Positions 16,981-25,885 of a stretch of DNA of 46,758 nucleotides are shown here, in pieces. Positions within the stretch are counted from its first letter, which is position 1, and every line of letters starts with the position of its first letter. Source of the stretch: a virus (taxonomy: Duplodnaviria > Caudoviricetes); the IMG/VR virus record IMGVR_UViG_3300020057_000052, positions 1 through 46,758 of that record. One strand, written 5' to 3'. Position numbers and translations under genes: made by a program. A model generated the notes under the pieces. It was not told where the DNA came from, searched no databases, and was given only the letters and a program-made list of their open reading frames with translations.

Positions 16981-18090
16981 ATGGCCGCGATCCCCGATGG
17001 CGCCCAGCCGAACACGGCTGTCTCGATCCTCCGCGGGTACGAGCGCTCGTCGAATGAGAGGCACCGGCTCCACCTCGGCGCATCGATCATCGGCGGCGAG
17101 TGCGCGCGCAAGCTGTGGTACACGCTGCACTGGGCCGATCGCGAAAAGCTGACCGGCCAGAAGCTGCGCCTGTTCGGGAGCGGCCACCTCCAGGAGCCGC
17201 GCCTGATCGAGGACCTGCGCCGGGTCGGCGTGCAGGTCGAGGACTTCGACCCGCAGGGCGGACAGTGGACCTTCCGCACCCTGTCGGGGCACTTCGGCTG
17301 CTCGATGGACGCGGCCGCGCTTGGGTTGCCAGAGGCGCCGAAAACCTGGCACGTCTGCGAATTCAAGGGCCTGAACCAGAAGAACTTCGACAAGGTCGTG
17401 AAGGAGGGCTGCAAGAAGGCAAAGCCCGAGCACCATGCGCAGATGATGGTCAACATGGGGATGAGCGGCATGAAGCGCGCGCTCTACCTCGTGGTCAACA
17501 AGAACACCGACGAGCTGCACAGCGAGCGCATCGAGTTCGATAAAACCGAGTTCGACCGCCTCGTCGCTCGGGCCGAAGGCATCATCCGCGCGACAGAGCC
17601 GCCGGCGCGTATCTCCGACGATCCAACGAAATTCCCTTGCGGATGGTCAGGCAAGGCGAGCGGCGCCGGCCCGGGCCAGTGCGCGTTCTTCAACGTCTGC
17701 CACGGCGACCAGGTGCCCGAGGTGAACTGCCGGACCTGCTCGTACAGCACGGCCGTGCTCGATGGCGTCGATCGCAAGGAGGGAGAGTGGCGGTGCAGCA
17801 ACCCCGCGCTCGAGAGCGCGCCGGTGCTGAGCGAGCCGCTCCAGCGGTCGGGCTGCCTGGAGCACCGCTTCATCCCGATCTTCCTCGAGCGCACGGCCAA
17901 GCCGGTGGCGTTCGAGCATGGCGTCGTCGTCTACCAGATGAACACCGACAAGAGCAAGTTCTTCGGCAACGGGTCTGGCAAGCAGGGCTCGCTCACGAGC
18001 GGCGAAATCAGGGCGTGCTCGGGCAAGTCACTGCTGCCGGAGATGTGCGGGATCAAGGGCGAGTTCCCGGGCGCGCGGGTGGTGGCGTGA
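16981..18090 (+). CDS. Cas4-like PD-(D/E)xK exonuclease with Fe-S cysteines
   Basis: HLGASIIGGECARKLWY, GH..E, D....EFK, H.AQM..M, C..C...C motifs. Confidence 0.85.
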   Translation: MAAIPDGAQPNTAVSILRGYERSSNERHRLHLGASIIGGECARKLWYTLHWADREKLTGQKLRLFGSGHLQEPRLIEDLRRVGVQVEDFDPQGGQWTFRTLSGHFGCSMDAAALGLPEAPKTWHVCEFKGLNQKNFDKVVKEGCKKAKPEHHAQMMVNMGMSGMKRALYLVVNKNTDELHSERIEFDKTEFDRLVARAEGIIRATEPPARISDDPTKFPCGWSGKASGAGPGQCAFFNVCHGDQVPEVNCRTCSYSTAVLDGVDRKEGEWRCSNPALESAPVLSEPLQRSGCLEHRFIPIFLERTAKPVAFEHGVVVYQMNTDKSKFFGNGSGKQGSLTSGEIRACSGKSLLPEMCGIKGEFPGARVVA

Positions 18091-18272
18091 AGGCGGTTCT
18101 ACAGACCGAAAGGGGCAACATGATGGTCACGGTAAAATGGTTCAGCCGCGAGTCGGCGATCCCTGGACGATCTAGGATGTACATGATGTTCAGCATGACA
18201 GCAGCCGACGCCGAGGACTTCCGCTCCCAGGTGGAATTGCTGCGTGACGGCAGCTGGGTGGAGGTAGCATGA
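18087..18272 (+). CDS. Hypothetical protein, lower GC, between 23-bp direct repeats
   Basis: GTGA overlap (alternative ATG at 18120). Confidence 0.5.
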   Translation: MKAVLQTERGNMMVTVKWFSRESAIPGRSRMYMMFSMTAADAEDFRSQVELLRDGSWVEVA

Positions 18273-18309
18273 ACAGCACCCTCCTCGCCTCGGGCGCGCG
18301 GGTGGTGGC

Positions 18310-18456
18310 GTGAGGTGGTTCTACGAATGGCGCCGGCTGCACTGCCTCGGCCACATATGGAGCCGGCATTCGTGCGGCAGATTGGAGTCGAGCAACATCG
18401 ACGCCGGCTACTGCCTGGACCGCTACCTGAGCCCAGCTGAGTGGAGCATTGAATGA
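18310..18456 (+). CDS. Hypothetical protein (48 aa)
   Basis: GTG start in the repeat copy; ATGA overlap with the helicase. Confidence 0.35.
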   Translation: MRWFYEWRRLHCLGHIWSRHSCGRLESSNIDAGYCLDRYLSPAEWSIE

Positions 18457-20069
18457 TCCTCCGCCCCTACCAGGAGAAGGTCCTCGACGACCTGTGGGCG
18501 TGGTTCGGCAAGCACGCCGACGGCAACCCCATCATCGTCGCCGCGGTCGGCGCAGGCAAGTCGCTGATGATCGCCGCCACGGCGAAGCGCATGGACGCGC
18601 AGGCGCCTGGCGTGCGCACGCTCGTGCTCATGCACCAGAAGGAGCTGCTCGAGCAGAACGTCGACAAGGTCAAGCGCATCTGGCCGGATGGTGACGTCGG
18701 TGTCTACTCCGCGAGCGCCGGGCGCAAGGAGCTGGGCAACCAGGTCATGTACGCCACGATCGGCAGCGTGTGGAAGATCGCGCACCTACTCGGCCGCATC
18801 GACCTGGTCCACGCGGACGAGTGCCACTTGATCAACCCTAAGGAGGAGGGCATGTGGCGATCCTTCCTCGCCGACTTGTCGCGGTACAACCCGCGGTGCC
18901 GCGTGCTCGGTTGGACCGGCACCGAGTACCGCGGCAACGGCGTGTACCTGACCGCCGCCAAGACGGCGCTGTTCACGCACGTCGCGTCGAGGATCACGAT
19001 GAAGGAGCTGCTCGCCCAAGACTACCTCTCGCCGCTCACGCCGGCGAAGACGGAGACGCGCGTCGAGGCGGCGGACCTGCCGACCAGCGGCGACGACTAC
19101 CAGGTCTCGGCGCTTGCCGCCATGACCGACACCGACGAGCTGGTCGAGGCGACGGCGTCCGAAATACATGTGCTTTTTTCGGACAGAAGGCGCGGGCTGG
19201 TGTTCGCGGTCACGGTCGAGCACGCCACGCACATGCGAGATGCGCTGCGCCGGCGTGGGATTCGGTGCGAAATCGTCAGCGCCAACACGCCGAAGGCCGA
19301 GCGCGCGGCCATGATCGGTGGCTTCCGCGACGGCAGCCTGTACGACATGCTCGTCAACGTGGCCGTGCTCACCACGGGTTTCGACGTGCCAGAGGTCGAC
19401 TTCATCGCCATGCTGCGCGCGACCAAGTCGCCCGTGCTCTACGTGCAGATCGCCGGCCGCGGCATGCGCCTGGCCGCCGGCAAGGACGACTGCCTGTGGG
19501 CGGACTTTACCGACACCACGCTGCGCCTCGGGCCGGTTGACGAGGTTAAGGGCCGCATGCCGCGCGGCGGTGGCGGCGCGGGCGAGGAGCCGTTCCGCCT
19601 CTGCCCGGAGTGCAGCAGTCGCAACAAGGCAAGCGCGGCCGAGTGCCTGGACTGCGGCTTCCTGTTCCCGCCGCCGGAGCTGATCAAGCACAAGGACTAC
19701 GCGAACGGCGCGGCCGTGCTCTCGTCGCAGGTCAACCCCGAGCGCGATGTCGACGTCACCCGGGTGACCTATGACATTCACGACAAGCCCGGTATGCCCA
19801 GCTCGCTGCGGGTCGAGTACTGGAGCGGCATCCAGGCCGTCGCCCGCGAGTGGGTCTGCCTCGACCATAGCGGCTACGCGCGCCTCAAGGCCGAGAAGTG
19901 GTGGCGCATGAGGGCCAAGCAGGACGGCATACCGAGGACTGTTGCGGAATCCGTGGTGCAGGCCCGTGGCGGCGCGATCAGCGAGCCGATGGGGATCACC
20001 ATCGACATCAAGGCGAAGCGGCCAGACATCCTGGCGTACCGCTGGACACAGCGACAGGAGGCGGCATGA
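18453..20069 (+). CDS. Superfamily 2 DExH helicase (RadD/YejH-like) with a zinc finger
   Basis: LRPYQ, VGAGKS, DECH, TGT, VLTTGFD, QIAGRGMR, CPEC..CLDC. Confidence 0.92.
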   Translation: MILRPYQEKVLDDLWAWFGKHADGNPIIVAAVGAGKSLMIAATAKRMDAQAPGVRTLVLMHQKELLEQNVDKVKRIWPDGDVGVYSASAGRKELGNQVMYATIGSVWKIAHLLGRIDLVHADECHLINPKEEGMWRSFLADLSRYNPRCRVLGWTGTEYRGNGVYLTAAKTALFTHVASRITMKELLAQDYLSPLTPAKTETRVEAADLPTSGDDYQVSALAAMTDTDELVEATASEIHVLFSDRRRGLVFAVTVEHATHMRDALRRRGIRCEIVSANTPKAERAAMIGGFRDGSLYDMLVNVAVLTTGFDVPEVDFIAMLRATKSPVLYVQIAGRGMRLAAGKDDCLWADFTDTTLRLGPVDEVKGRMPRGGGGAGEEPFRLCPECSSRNKASAAECLDCGFLFPPPELIKHKDYANGAAVLSSQVNPERDVDVTRVTYDIHDKPGMPSSLRVEYWSGIQAVAREWVCLDHSGYARLKAEKWWRMRAKQDGIPRTVAESVVQARGGAISEPMGITIDIKAKRPDILAYRWTQRQEAA

Positions 20070-20317
20070 AGATGATGTTTCGGATGCTGACGCGAACCGA
20101 ACTGGTAGCCATGCGCGTTGCCATCGATGGCGCATCGAGCGAGCTGGCCGTGATCGAGAGCAAGTCGAAGGAGGGCTGCAAGACCTGCGATCACCTCATC
20201 GGTTACCTCAACGGCGAGCGGACCACGCGCTGCAGCCGGGCCGACGGCGCCGAGATTCCTGCCGACGTCGTTCCCCTGGGATGCCCGTCGTGGCAGTCCG
20301 ATCCCATCCCGTTCTAG
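20066..20317 (+). CDS. Small Cys-rich phage protein ending in DPIPF
   Basis: CKTCDH...C...GC..W; GGAGG RBS. Confidence 0.7.
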   Translation: MKMMFRMLTRTELVAMRVAIDGASSELAVIESKSKEGCKTCDHLIGYLNGERTTRCSRADGAEIPADVVPLGCPSWQSDPIPF

Positions 20318-20348
20318 GATATCATCAACGTGATATAAGGAGACCACC

Positions 20349-20729
20349 ATGACCGCAGCCCTCCCCGTCGACGCAGCCGCCCGCAAGGCGACCCCGATCT
20401 TCTCGGGCGTCCTGAACTACTTTCCCCTGGCCATCGCCGAGATCGCGCGCGCCTCGAAGGCCGGCAACGACCAGCACAACCCCGGCCAGCCGCTGCACTG
20501 GGACCGGACCAAGAGCCTGGACCACGCCGACTGCATCGCGCGCCACCTCCTGGAGCACGGCACCATCGACGGCGGCGACGGCCAGCGCCACTCGGCCAAG
20601 ATGGCCTGGCGCGCGCTGGCGCTCCTGCAGACGGAGCTGGAGGCCGCTGAGGCTGCCGCGGCTGCCAGCAAGGTCCGCAAGCGCACCCTGGACGAACTGC
20701 GCGACCAAGCTGTAGCAAGGCCGTTTTGA
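20349..20729 (+). CDS. dATP/dGTP diphosphohydrolase-domain protein (DUF5664-like)
   Basis: RKATP..SGVL.YFP.A....A..S..GN.QHN...LHW...S.DH.DC..RHL...H....AWRALA.LQ. Confidence 0.8.
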   Translation: MTAALPVDAAARKATPIFSGVLNYFPLAIAEIARASKAGNDQHNPGQPLHWDRTKSLDHADCIARHLLEHGTIDGGDGQRHSAKMAWRALALLQTELEAAEAAAAASKVRKRTLDELRDQAVARPF

Positions 20730-20763
20730 CCGAAGTCATAAACAACCAACAAGAGAGGCAGAT

Positions 20764-21357
20764 ATGGCCACCGACAATCACAATGCTGATACAGGGGACC
20801 TCGGCGGCTGGATGCAAACGCACAGCGGCAAGGCCTACCACCATCGCAGCCCTCGGCAGGAGTCGATCGACATCAACGACATCGCCCACGCCCTTTCGAT
20901 GATCTGCCGCTTCGGTGGACACACCTGGCACTTTTATAGCGTGGCCGAGCACAGTGTCCTCGTCAGCCAGGTCGTGCCCGAGGAGCACGCCTTCGCAGCT
21001 CTCATGCACGACGCGACCGAAGCCTATGTCTGCGATGTGCCGCGCCCGCTGAAGCACATGCTCGGCGCGGTATACGCGGAACTCGAAGACTTGGCCTGGC
21101 AGGCCATCTGCCAGAAGTTTTTCATCCACCCGGTCCTGCCGGCGTGCGTGAAGGAGGCGGACAACACCGTACTCATTGCCGAGAAGCACGCGCTGCTCTT
21201 GGACCCGCCGATCCCCTGGACCTGGGCCGCGGACATCGAGCCGGCAGACGTGACCATCAGGTGCCTGGAGCCGTCGCTCGCCAAGAGGGTCTTCCTCCGC
21301 CGGTACATGGAGCTGCGCCGGGGCAGGCACGAGGCGCTCCTGGGAGTGGGCCAATGA
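20764..21357 (+). CDS. HD-domain 5'-deoxynucleotidase-like phosphohydrolase (YfbR/YfdR type)
   Basis: DIAHALS..CRFGGH, YSVAEHS, LMHDATEAY..D.P.PLK, VKEAD. Confidence 0.88.
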   Translation: MATDNHNADTGDLGGWMQTHSGKAYHHRSPRQESIDINDIAHALSMICRFGGHTWHFYSVAEHSVLVSQVVPEEHAFAALMHDATEAYVCDVPRPLKHMLGAVYAELEDLAWQAICQKFFIHPVLPACVKEADNTVLIAEKHALLLDPPIPWTWAADIEPADVTIRCLEPSLAKRVFLRRYMELRRGRHEALLGVGQ

Positions 21358-21791
21358 AGCGAGTCCATGTCGAGTCAACACTGCGCCGGGTCATCCGCCG
21401 CATGGCGGCGCGCGCGCGGGGCGTGGCCAACGACGAGGTGCCGAGCGCCACAATCCGCCAGGTCGCGCGCATCGTGCAGCACCTGGTCGCCAGCGGCGAC
21501 CTCCACAAGGCCCGCATCAGCGGCAAGAACGTCCGCTGCTTCACCAGCAAGGAGGCCGCCGAGGCTTGGCTCGATGCCGCCGCCCTGGCCAAGCGCCAGG
21601 CCGTGATCGCGCGCGCGCAGGAGCGGGAACGAGCCCCGCCGGAGCCTGTCGAGAAAACGGCACCCTGGCCGGCGGACGCGAAGCCGTACTTCCCGCGCGA
21701 CGCCTTCGGCCGGGCGGCCTGGAAGCACACCGTCTACGCGGCATCTCAGCTCGGCCTCGTACACACCAACACCCACTCGGACACACACTAA
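21354..21791 (+). CDS. Hypothetical protein, possible winged-helix N-terminus
   Basis: GGGAG RBS; C-terminal TNTH motif. Confidence 0.6.
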   Translation: MKRVHVESTLRRVIRRMAARARGVANDEVPSATIRQVARIVQHLVASGDLHKARISGKNVRCFTSKEAAEAWLDAAALAKRQAVIARAQERERAPPEPVEKTAPWPADAKPYFPRDAFGRAAWKHTVYAASQLGLVHTNTHSDTH

Positions 21792-21961
21792 TGGACCACA
21801 CCTCGCTAGGCCTCACGAAGGACGAGATGCGCGAAGTCGCGCACACCCTGTCGCCGCACCGCACCGACGAGCAGTTCGAGCGGGACTGGTCCGAGATGAT
21901 GGCGAAGAAGCGGTCGTGGGCGCGTCAGCTCGCCCTCACCGGCACGCTGAGGTGTTCATGA
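21791..21961 (+). CDS. Hypothetical protein
   Basis: TAATG coupling. Confidence 0.6.
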   Translation: MDHTSLGLTKDEMREVAHTLSPHRTDEQFERDWSEMMAKKRSWARQLALTGTLRCS

Positions 21962-22209
21962 GCCGCCTCGCCGAGGCCGTCGGCGCGCTGCTGGAGGGCC
22001 CGCTCGACTGGGTCGAGTACCGCTTTGTGCAGCGCGACTTCATCATCGTCACCGCCGACGGCGTCAGCTGCACGATGACGCCGTGCGAGGCGGCCGAGAT
22101 GGCAACCGATGCGCACCGCGACTGCCTGGCCTACACCTTCGCGCCGACCCGCATGACCTACCGCCAGTTCGACGAGATTGGACCACGCCTATTAAGGAGA
22201 TCGGGATGA
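21958..22209 (+). CDS. Hypothetical protein
   Basis: GAGG RBS, ATGA overlap. Confidence 0.6.
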   Translation: MSRLAEAVGALLEGPLDWVEYRFVQRDFIIVTADGVSCTMTPCEAAEMATDAHRDCLAYTFAPTRMTYRQFDEIGPRLLRRSG

Positions 22210-22421
22210 CAGCCAGCATGCAACGGGCGCAGCCCGACACACTGAAGCGGCTAGACGCCAGGATCGGCCATGTGCCGATGGCCGTCGCGCAGGGCTCATG
22301 GAACCTGTCCGTCGACTTCAAGTCGGCGATGGTCAAGGCGATCAAGGCGCGCCACACGCGCGGCCTCACCGAAGTCGACGCCAGCCTGGCGCTGCGCGGA
22401 CTCGAGCGATTCTGGGAATGA
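22206..22421 (+). CDS. Hypothetical protein
   Basis: AAGGAG RBS, ATGA overlap. Confidence 0.6.
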   Translation: MTASMQRAQPDTLKRLDARIGHVPMAVAQGSWNLSVDFKSAMVKAIKARHTRGLTEVDASLALRGLERFWE

Positions 22422-22546
22422 CCGATCACGCCCTCCAGCAACACGCCTACCGGCTCGCCATCTGCGCGACCGTGTATGCGCTCCTGCTCGCCCGCTGCGA
22501 CGTGAAGAACGTCGCCCCATTCCCACTCAACAAGACGCTTCCATGA
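22418..22546 (+). CDS. Hypothetical protein (42 aa)
   Basis: ATGA overlaps on both sides. Confidence 0.45.
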   Translation: MTDHALQQHAYRLAICATVYALLLARCDVKNVAPFPLNKTLP

Positions 22547-22746
22547 ACTTCAACGATGGCTGCGACGCCTGGTTCGACGTCGATCAACCACCTCCTCCGG
22601 CTCCGCCGATGCGCGTCTATGGTCGCACTCGTCAAGGTGCGCTGGCCAGGTTCGAGGCGGAGGCCGGCTTCGCGCCGAAGCAGATCATCGCCGAGGCGAC
22701 GCACCGCAGCACCGGCATCGCCGTCGCCATGGTGGTGATCAAGTGA
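22543..22746 (+). CDS. Hypothetical protein
   Basis: ATGA/GTGA coupling. Confidence 0.55.
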   Translation: MNFNDGCDAWFDVDQPPPPAPPMRVYGRTRQGALARFEAEAGFAPKQIIAEATHRSTGIAVAMVVIK

Positions 22747-22907
22747 CCGGCGAGGAGCTGTACCGCGGTAACGCCAACCGCGTCAAGCCTGACTGGGACC
22801 AGCTCGGGCAGACCACGAAGGATGTGTGGAACGAGTACGCCGCGGAGGGCCGCATGCCCGCGGAGTCGATCGAGCCGGACTGCTTGACAAACCCATCACA
22901 AGGTTGA
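22743..22907 (+). CDS. Hypothetical protein (PDWDQLGQTTKDVW motif)
   Basis: GTGA coupling; 54 aa, below the length of the ORFs in the supplied track. Confidence 0.55.
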   Translation: MTGEELYRGNANRVKPDWDQLGQTTKDVWNEYAAEGRMPAESIEPDCLTNPSQG

Positions 22908-22913
22908 TAAAAT
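22884..22913 (+). promoter_or_regulatory. Promoter overlapping the xis start codon, with operator
   Basis: TTGACA-N18-TAAAAT; CATCACAAGGTTGATA at 22894-22909. Confidence 0.6.
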
Positions 22914-23133
22914 GGCGCTTCACTGGGTGAGGGCATCGCACTACAAGTCGATCGCCGGCGAGAAGGAAACGGCCGACGCCATCGACGGTCGCCTCCGAGC
23001 CGGCATCTGGATTCGCGATGTTCATGTTCGTCAACCGGACGGGAGCAAAGAACTATGGGTCAATCTGAACGCGGTGAACGACTGGGCGGCGGGGAAGCCG
23101 AACCCGCACCTTCACGGACGGTCATCGCCATAG
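22912..23133 (+). CDS. xis: Excisionase-like protein
   Basis: WV....Y....GE...AI..R...G.W......PDG....VNL.A...W; upstream of the integrase. Confidence 0.75.
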   Translation: MALHWVRASHYKSIAGEKETADAIDGRLRAGIWIRDVHVRQPDGSKELWVNLNAVNDWAAGKPNPHLHGRSSP

Positions 23134-23281
23134 CGTTCGAGCCGTGCCGGGTGGAGAGTATCCGTTCGGTGGCTCGGCGCCTGGATGACCCGCGCGCCAT
23201 GACCTGGGACGACCGACGCGATCTGGCGAACCTGCTCAACCTCGTGATACACGATGGCTATGACATTCGCGAGGGTGACCT

Positions 23282-24496
23282 GTGACCGCCGATCGCGCCG
23301 GCTGGCAGCGCGTCAAGCGCAAGACCATCGAGGTTTACCGCATCGCCTTCAGCTACCGCGGCGCCCAGTGCCGAGAGACGATCATCCTGCCGCACACCAA
23401 GGCCAACGACAAGTACGTCGAGCGCCTGCGCGCCGAGGTGCTCGGCAAGATCGCGCGGAACGACTTCCGCTACGGCGAATACTTTCCCAAGTCCTCGCGC
23501 GCCGTCGACTTCGGTCGCGGCCCGTCCGGCAACGCCAAGCTGGGCGCCCTGCTCGACGCCTGGATCGAGCGCAACAAAGCCACGCTCGAGCCGTCGACCT
23601 GGATCGGCTACCACAACGCCGTCAAGTTCAAGCTGAAACCGTTCTTCGGCGACATGCGGCCTGCTTCAGTACGCCCGTCGGTGATCCGCGAGTGGGTCGG
23701 CCTGCAGACTTCGGGCCTGAAGACGATCGCCAACGTCCTGCTGCCGCTGCGCGCCGTGTTCGACGAGCTGGTCGAGGACGAAATCGTCGCCGGCAACCCG
23801 CTGCGCGCCATCAAGCTGGCCAAGATGGTGCCGCCCGCCAGGCGCACGAGCCAGTACGCGGCCGACCCCTTCACCTGGGCCGAGCTGACCGCCGCGCTGC
23901 TGGCGCTGGCGCCTGGGGACCGGGCGCCCTTCCTGTTCTGGGCGCACACCGGCGTGCGGTCCGGTGAGCTGATCGGGCTGCGCTGGAAGCGCGTCGACCT
24001 GGCTGCCGGCACGGTCTCGATCCAGGAGACCACCACGATCGGCAAGGACAAGGAGCGGCCGAAGACGAGGGCCGGCGTGCGCACGTTCGCCCTGACGCCG
24101 GCAGCACACCAGGCGCTGATGAAGGCCATGCTGGCGCCGCCGTGTGGCGACGATGATGGCGACGACGGCACCGAGGACCGCGTCTTCCAGCGCGCCACGT
24201 CGCGCATGCCTGGCTACGCCTGGGGCTACAACACCCTGAACGCGGTCTGGAAGGCGGCGTGCGTGAAGGCGGGCGTGCGCTACCGCAACACGTACCAGTT
24301 GCGCCACACGTTCGCCAGCCAGCTCCTGATGGACGGCCGGCCGGCGCTCGAGGTGGCCAGCCTGCTCGGGCACAAGAACACCGAGATGGTCACCCGCGTC
24401 TACGGCAAGTGGATGGGCGGCCAGCCGGCGAGGATCGCTAAGTGGGGCTCGATGCTGCTCGAGCCGAGCGCGGCGGCTTGGATGGCGGCGACGTGA
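23282..24496 (+). CDS. int: Tyrosine integrase with N-terminal arm-binding domain
   Basis: IAFSYRG..CRET arm domain; TGVRSGELIGLRW, K, YQLRHTFAS, LGH and VYG catalytic motifs. Confidence 0.95.
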   Translation: MTADRAGWQRVKRKTIEVYRIAFSYRGAQCRETIILPHTKANDKYVERLRAEVLGKIARNDFRYGEYFPKSSRAVDFGRGPSGNAKLGALLDAWIERNKATLEPSTWIGYHNAVKFKLKPFFGDMRPASVRPSVIREWVGLQTSGLKTIANVLLPLRAVFDELVEDEIVAGNPLRAIKLAKMVPPARRTSQYAADPFTWAELTAALLALAPGDRAPFLFWAHTGVRSGELIGLRWKRVDLAAGTVSIQETTTIGKDKERPKTRAGVRTFALTPAAHQALMKAMLAPPCGDDDGDDGTEDRVFQRATSRMPGYAWGYNTLNAVWKAACVKAGVRYRNTYQLRHTFASQLLMDGRPALEVASLLGHKNTEMVTRVYGKWMGGQPARIAKWGSMLLEPSAAAWMAAT

Positions 24497-24729
24497 GCGC
24501 CAGAGACGAACTCAGGCTGTCGACCGGCCGCGTTGTCGAGGCCCACTGCGGCATCGTGGGTCTCGGACCTGACCTCGATGTCACCCACGGCTACGACGGC
24601 AACATCGCGGGGCCAGACGACGGCGATTGGTCCGAAAAGGCCATGGCGCCGGCGGACGCTGTCGCCCTGGCCGACCTGATGCTCGCGCGCTGGGCTGCGT
24701 ACCGAGCGAAGTGGGCGAAGACCACATGA
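24493..24729 (+). CDS. Hypothetical protein
   Basis: GTGA coupling to int. Confidence 0.6.
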   Translation: MSARDELRLSTGRVVEAHCGIVGLGPDLDVTHGYDGNIAGPDDGDWSEKAMAPADAVALADLMLARWAAYRAKWAKTT

Positions 24730-24935
24730 ACGATCCCGACGACCTGATGCTCTACGAGCGAGACCTCCAGCAGATTCTGGCCGAGATGAACCGCCAGCAC
24801 AGGGAGCATATCAGGCCGTTCGTTGACCGGCTGGTACTCATCCGCTCGCTGTGGCCGCCGCCGCTGATGGTCATCACCATCGAGCAGACGGAGGCCCTCC
24901 TCGCCGCGGACGTCATCCGACAGGGGGTCGGGTGA
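24726..24935 (+). CDS. Hypothetical protein
   Basis: ATGA coupling. Confidence 0.55.
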   Translation: MNDPDDLMLYERDLQQILAEMNRQHREHIRPFVDRLVLIRSLWPPPLMVITIEQTEALLAADVIRQGVG

Positions 24936-25126
24936 AGCAGCGCGCCCGCCGCCTGGTCATCTCCCGCTCGATCGAGCGCAAGCCGCGTGCCCATACCGGC
25001 CAGACCTCGTGGAGGGGGACTCACCGCTGCGGGCCGGGGGCGCTGCTGAGCGGAGAGATCGGGAACTACGAGCGCTGGCTCTTCGTCGAGTCGCCGATGC
25101 TGGGCGGCACACTGTCGCGCGCGTGA
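24932..25126 (+). CDS. Hypothetical protein
   Basis: GTGA coupling. Confidence 0.45.
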   Translation: MKQRARRLVISRSIERKPRAHTGQTSWRGTHRCGPGALLSGEIGNYERWLFVESPMLGGTLSRA

Positions 25127-25129
25127 AGC

Positions 25130-25382
25130 GCAAGTGACAGACGATCCTAACCAGCACGGAGTGACACGGACATGCAGAAGCCCAACCCCTTTGAAATCAA
25201 CGACTTAAGTCGTCAGGGGCTGGAGCGGGTGAGGGGTTCGATTCCCCTGTAGAGACCTTCGTAGGTCCTTGATTCTGCTGTCTTTCCTGGTTCTGGGTTT
25301 TGCCGTGTGTGAGAAATGAGTGATAATCGATCGGGACCGAATTGTCTTGCTCGATCCGGGTGACAACGTCACAATGATGATA
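25130..25382. other. attP region: tRNA-Gly 3'-end core (25221-25248), IHF site and arm-type repeats
   Basis: Minus strand reads CCCCTCACCCGCTCCA (tRNA-Gly 3' end); AATCAACGACTTA at 25195-25207 matches the IHF consensus WATCAANNNNTTR; GTGACA repeats; downstream of int. Confidence 0.8.
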
Positions 25383-25416
25383 GACCAACCGCCCGCCGTG
25401 GCATGAAGGAGACCCC

Positions 25417-25884
25417 ATGATCGTCGACGAAACCATCGCCAACCTGCAGGCCGCGCTGCGCGCGCTGTCCGAGAAGGACCCGCAGCTCGTCGCCCACCTT
25501 GCCGGACCGGCCGACCGCAGCCTGCTCGACGCCGTTGCGGGCGCGTTCTGGAACGCGCCGACCGCCAGCGAGGTACGGCTCCTGGCCCAGGCCGCCTGGC
25601 TCCCGCCCGTCATCGGCTCGCCCGTCTGGTTCCTGGAGGAGGTGGCCGAGGCCTACGGCCAGGGGCGCACCGACTACCTGGTCGACGAGCTGTGCGGGCT
25701 GAAGGTCATCCAGAGGGAGGAGCTGAGCGAGCCGCTCCTGATCCTGGCCGACGGCAAGCACTACACGATCGTGCCCGAGTGGGCGCGTCGCAACGCCAAG
25801 CAGCTCGACGCCGAGGACTTCGCGCGCCAGGCCGCCGCCGGACGGGTGGCGCACGAGACCACGGTGATCGGCGAGGCGAGCTGA
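25417..25884 (+). CDS. Hypothetical protein
   Basis: AAGGAG RBS; operator upstream. Confidence 0.7.
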   Translation: MIVDETIANLQAALRALSEKDPQLVAHLAGPADRSLLDAVAGAFWNAPTASEVRLLAQAAWLPPVIGSPVWFLEEVAEAYGQGRTDYLVDELCGLKVIQREELSEPLLILADGKHYTIVPEWARRNAKQLDAEDFARQAAAGRVAHETTVIGEAS

Positions 25885-25885
25885 G

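Noticed and set aside
20349-21357. 2-aminoadenine (Z) genome pathway
   Set aside because: No PurZ or dedicated polymerase in the window; these hydrolase families are widespread in phages with unmodified DNA
25215-25260. Intact tRNA gene
   Set aside because: Only a T-arm and acceptor 3' strand are present, with no D or anticodon arm; interpreted as the att core
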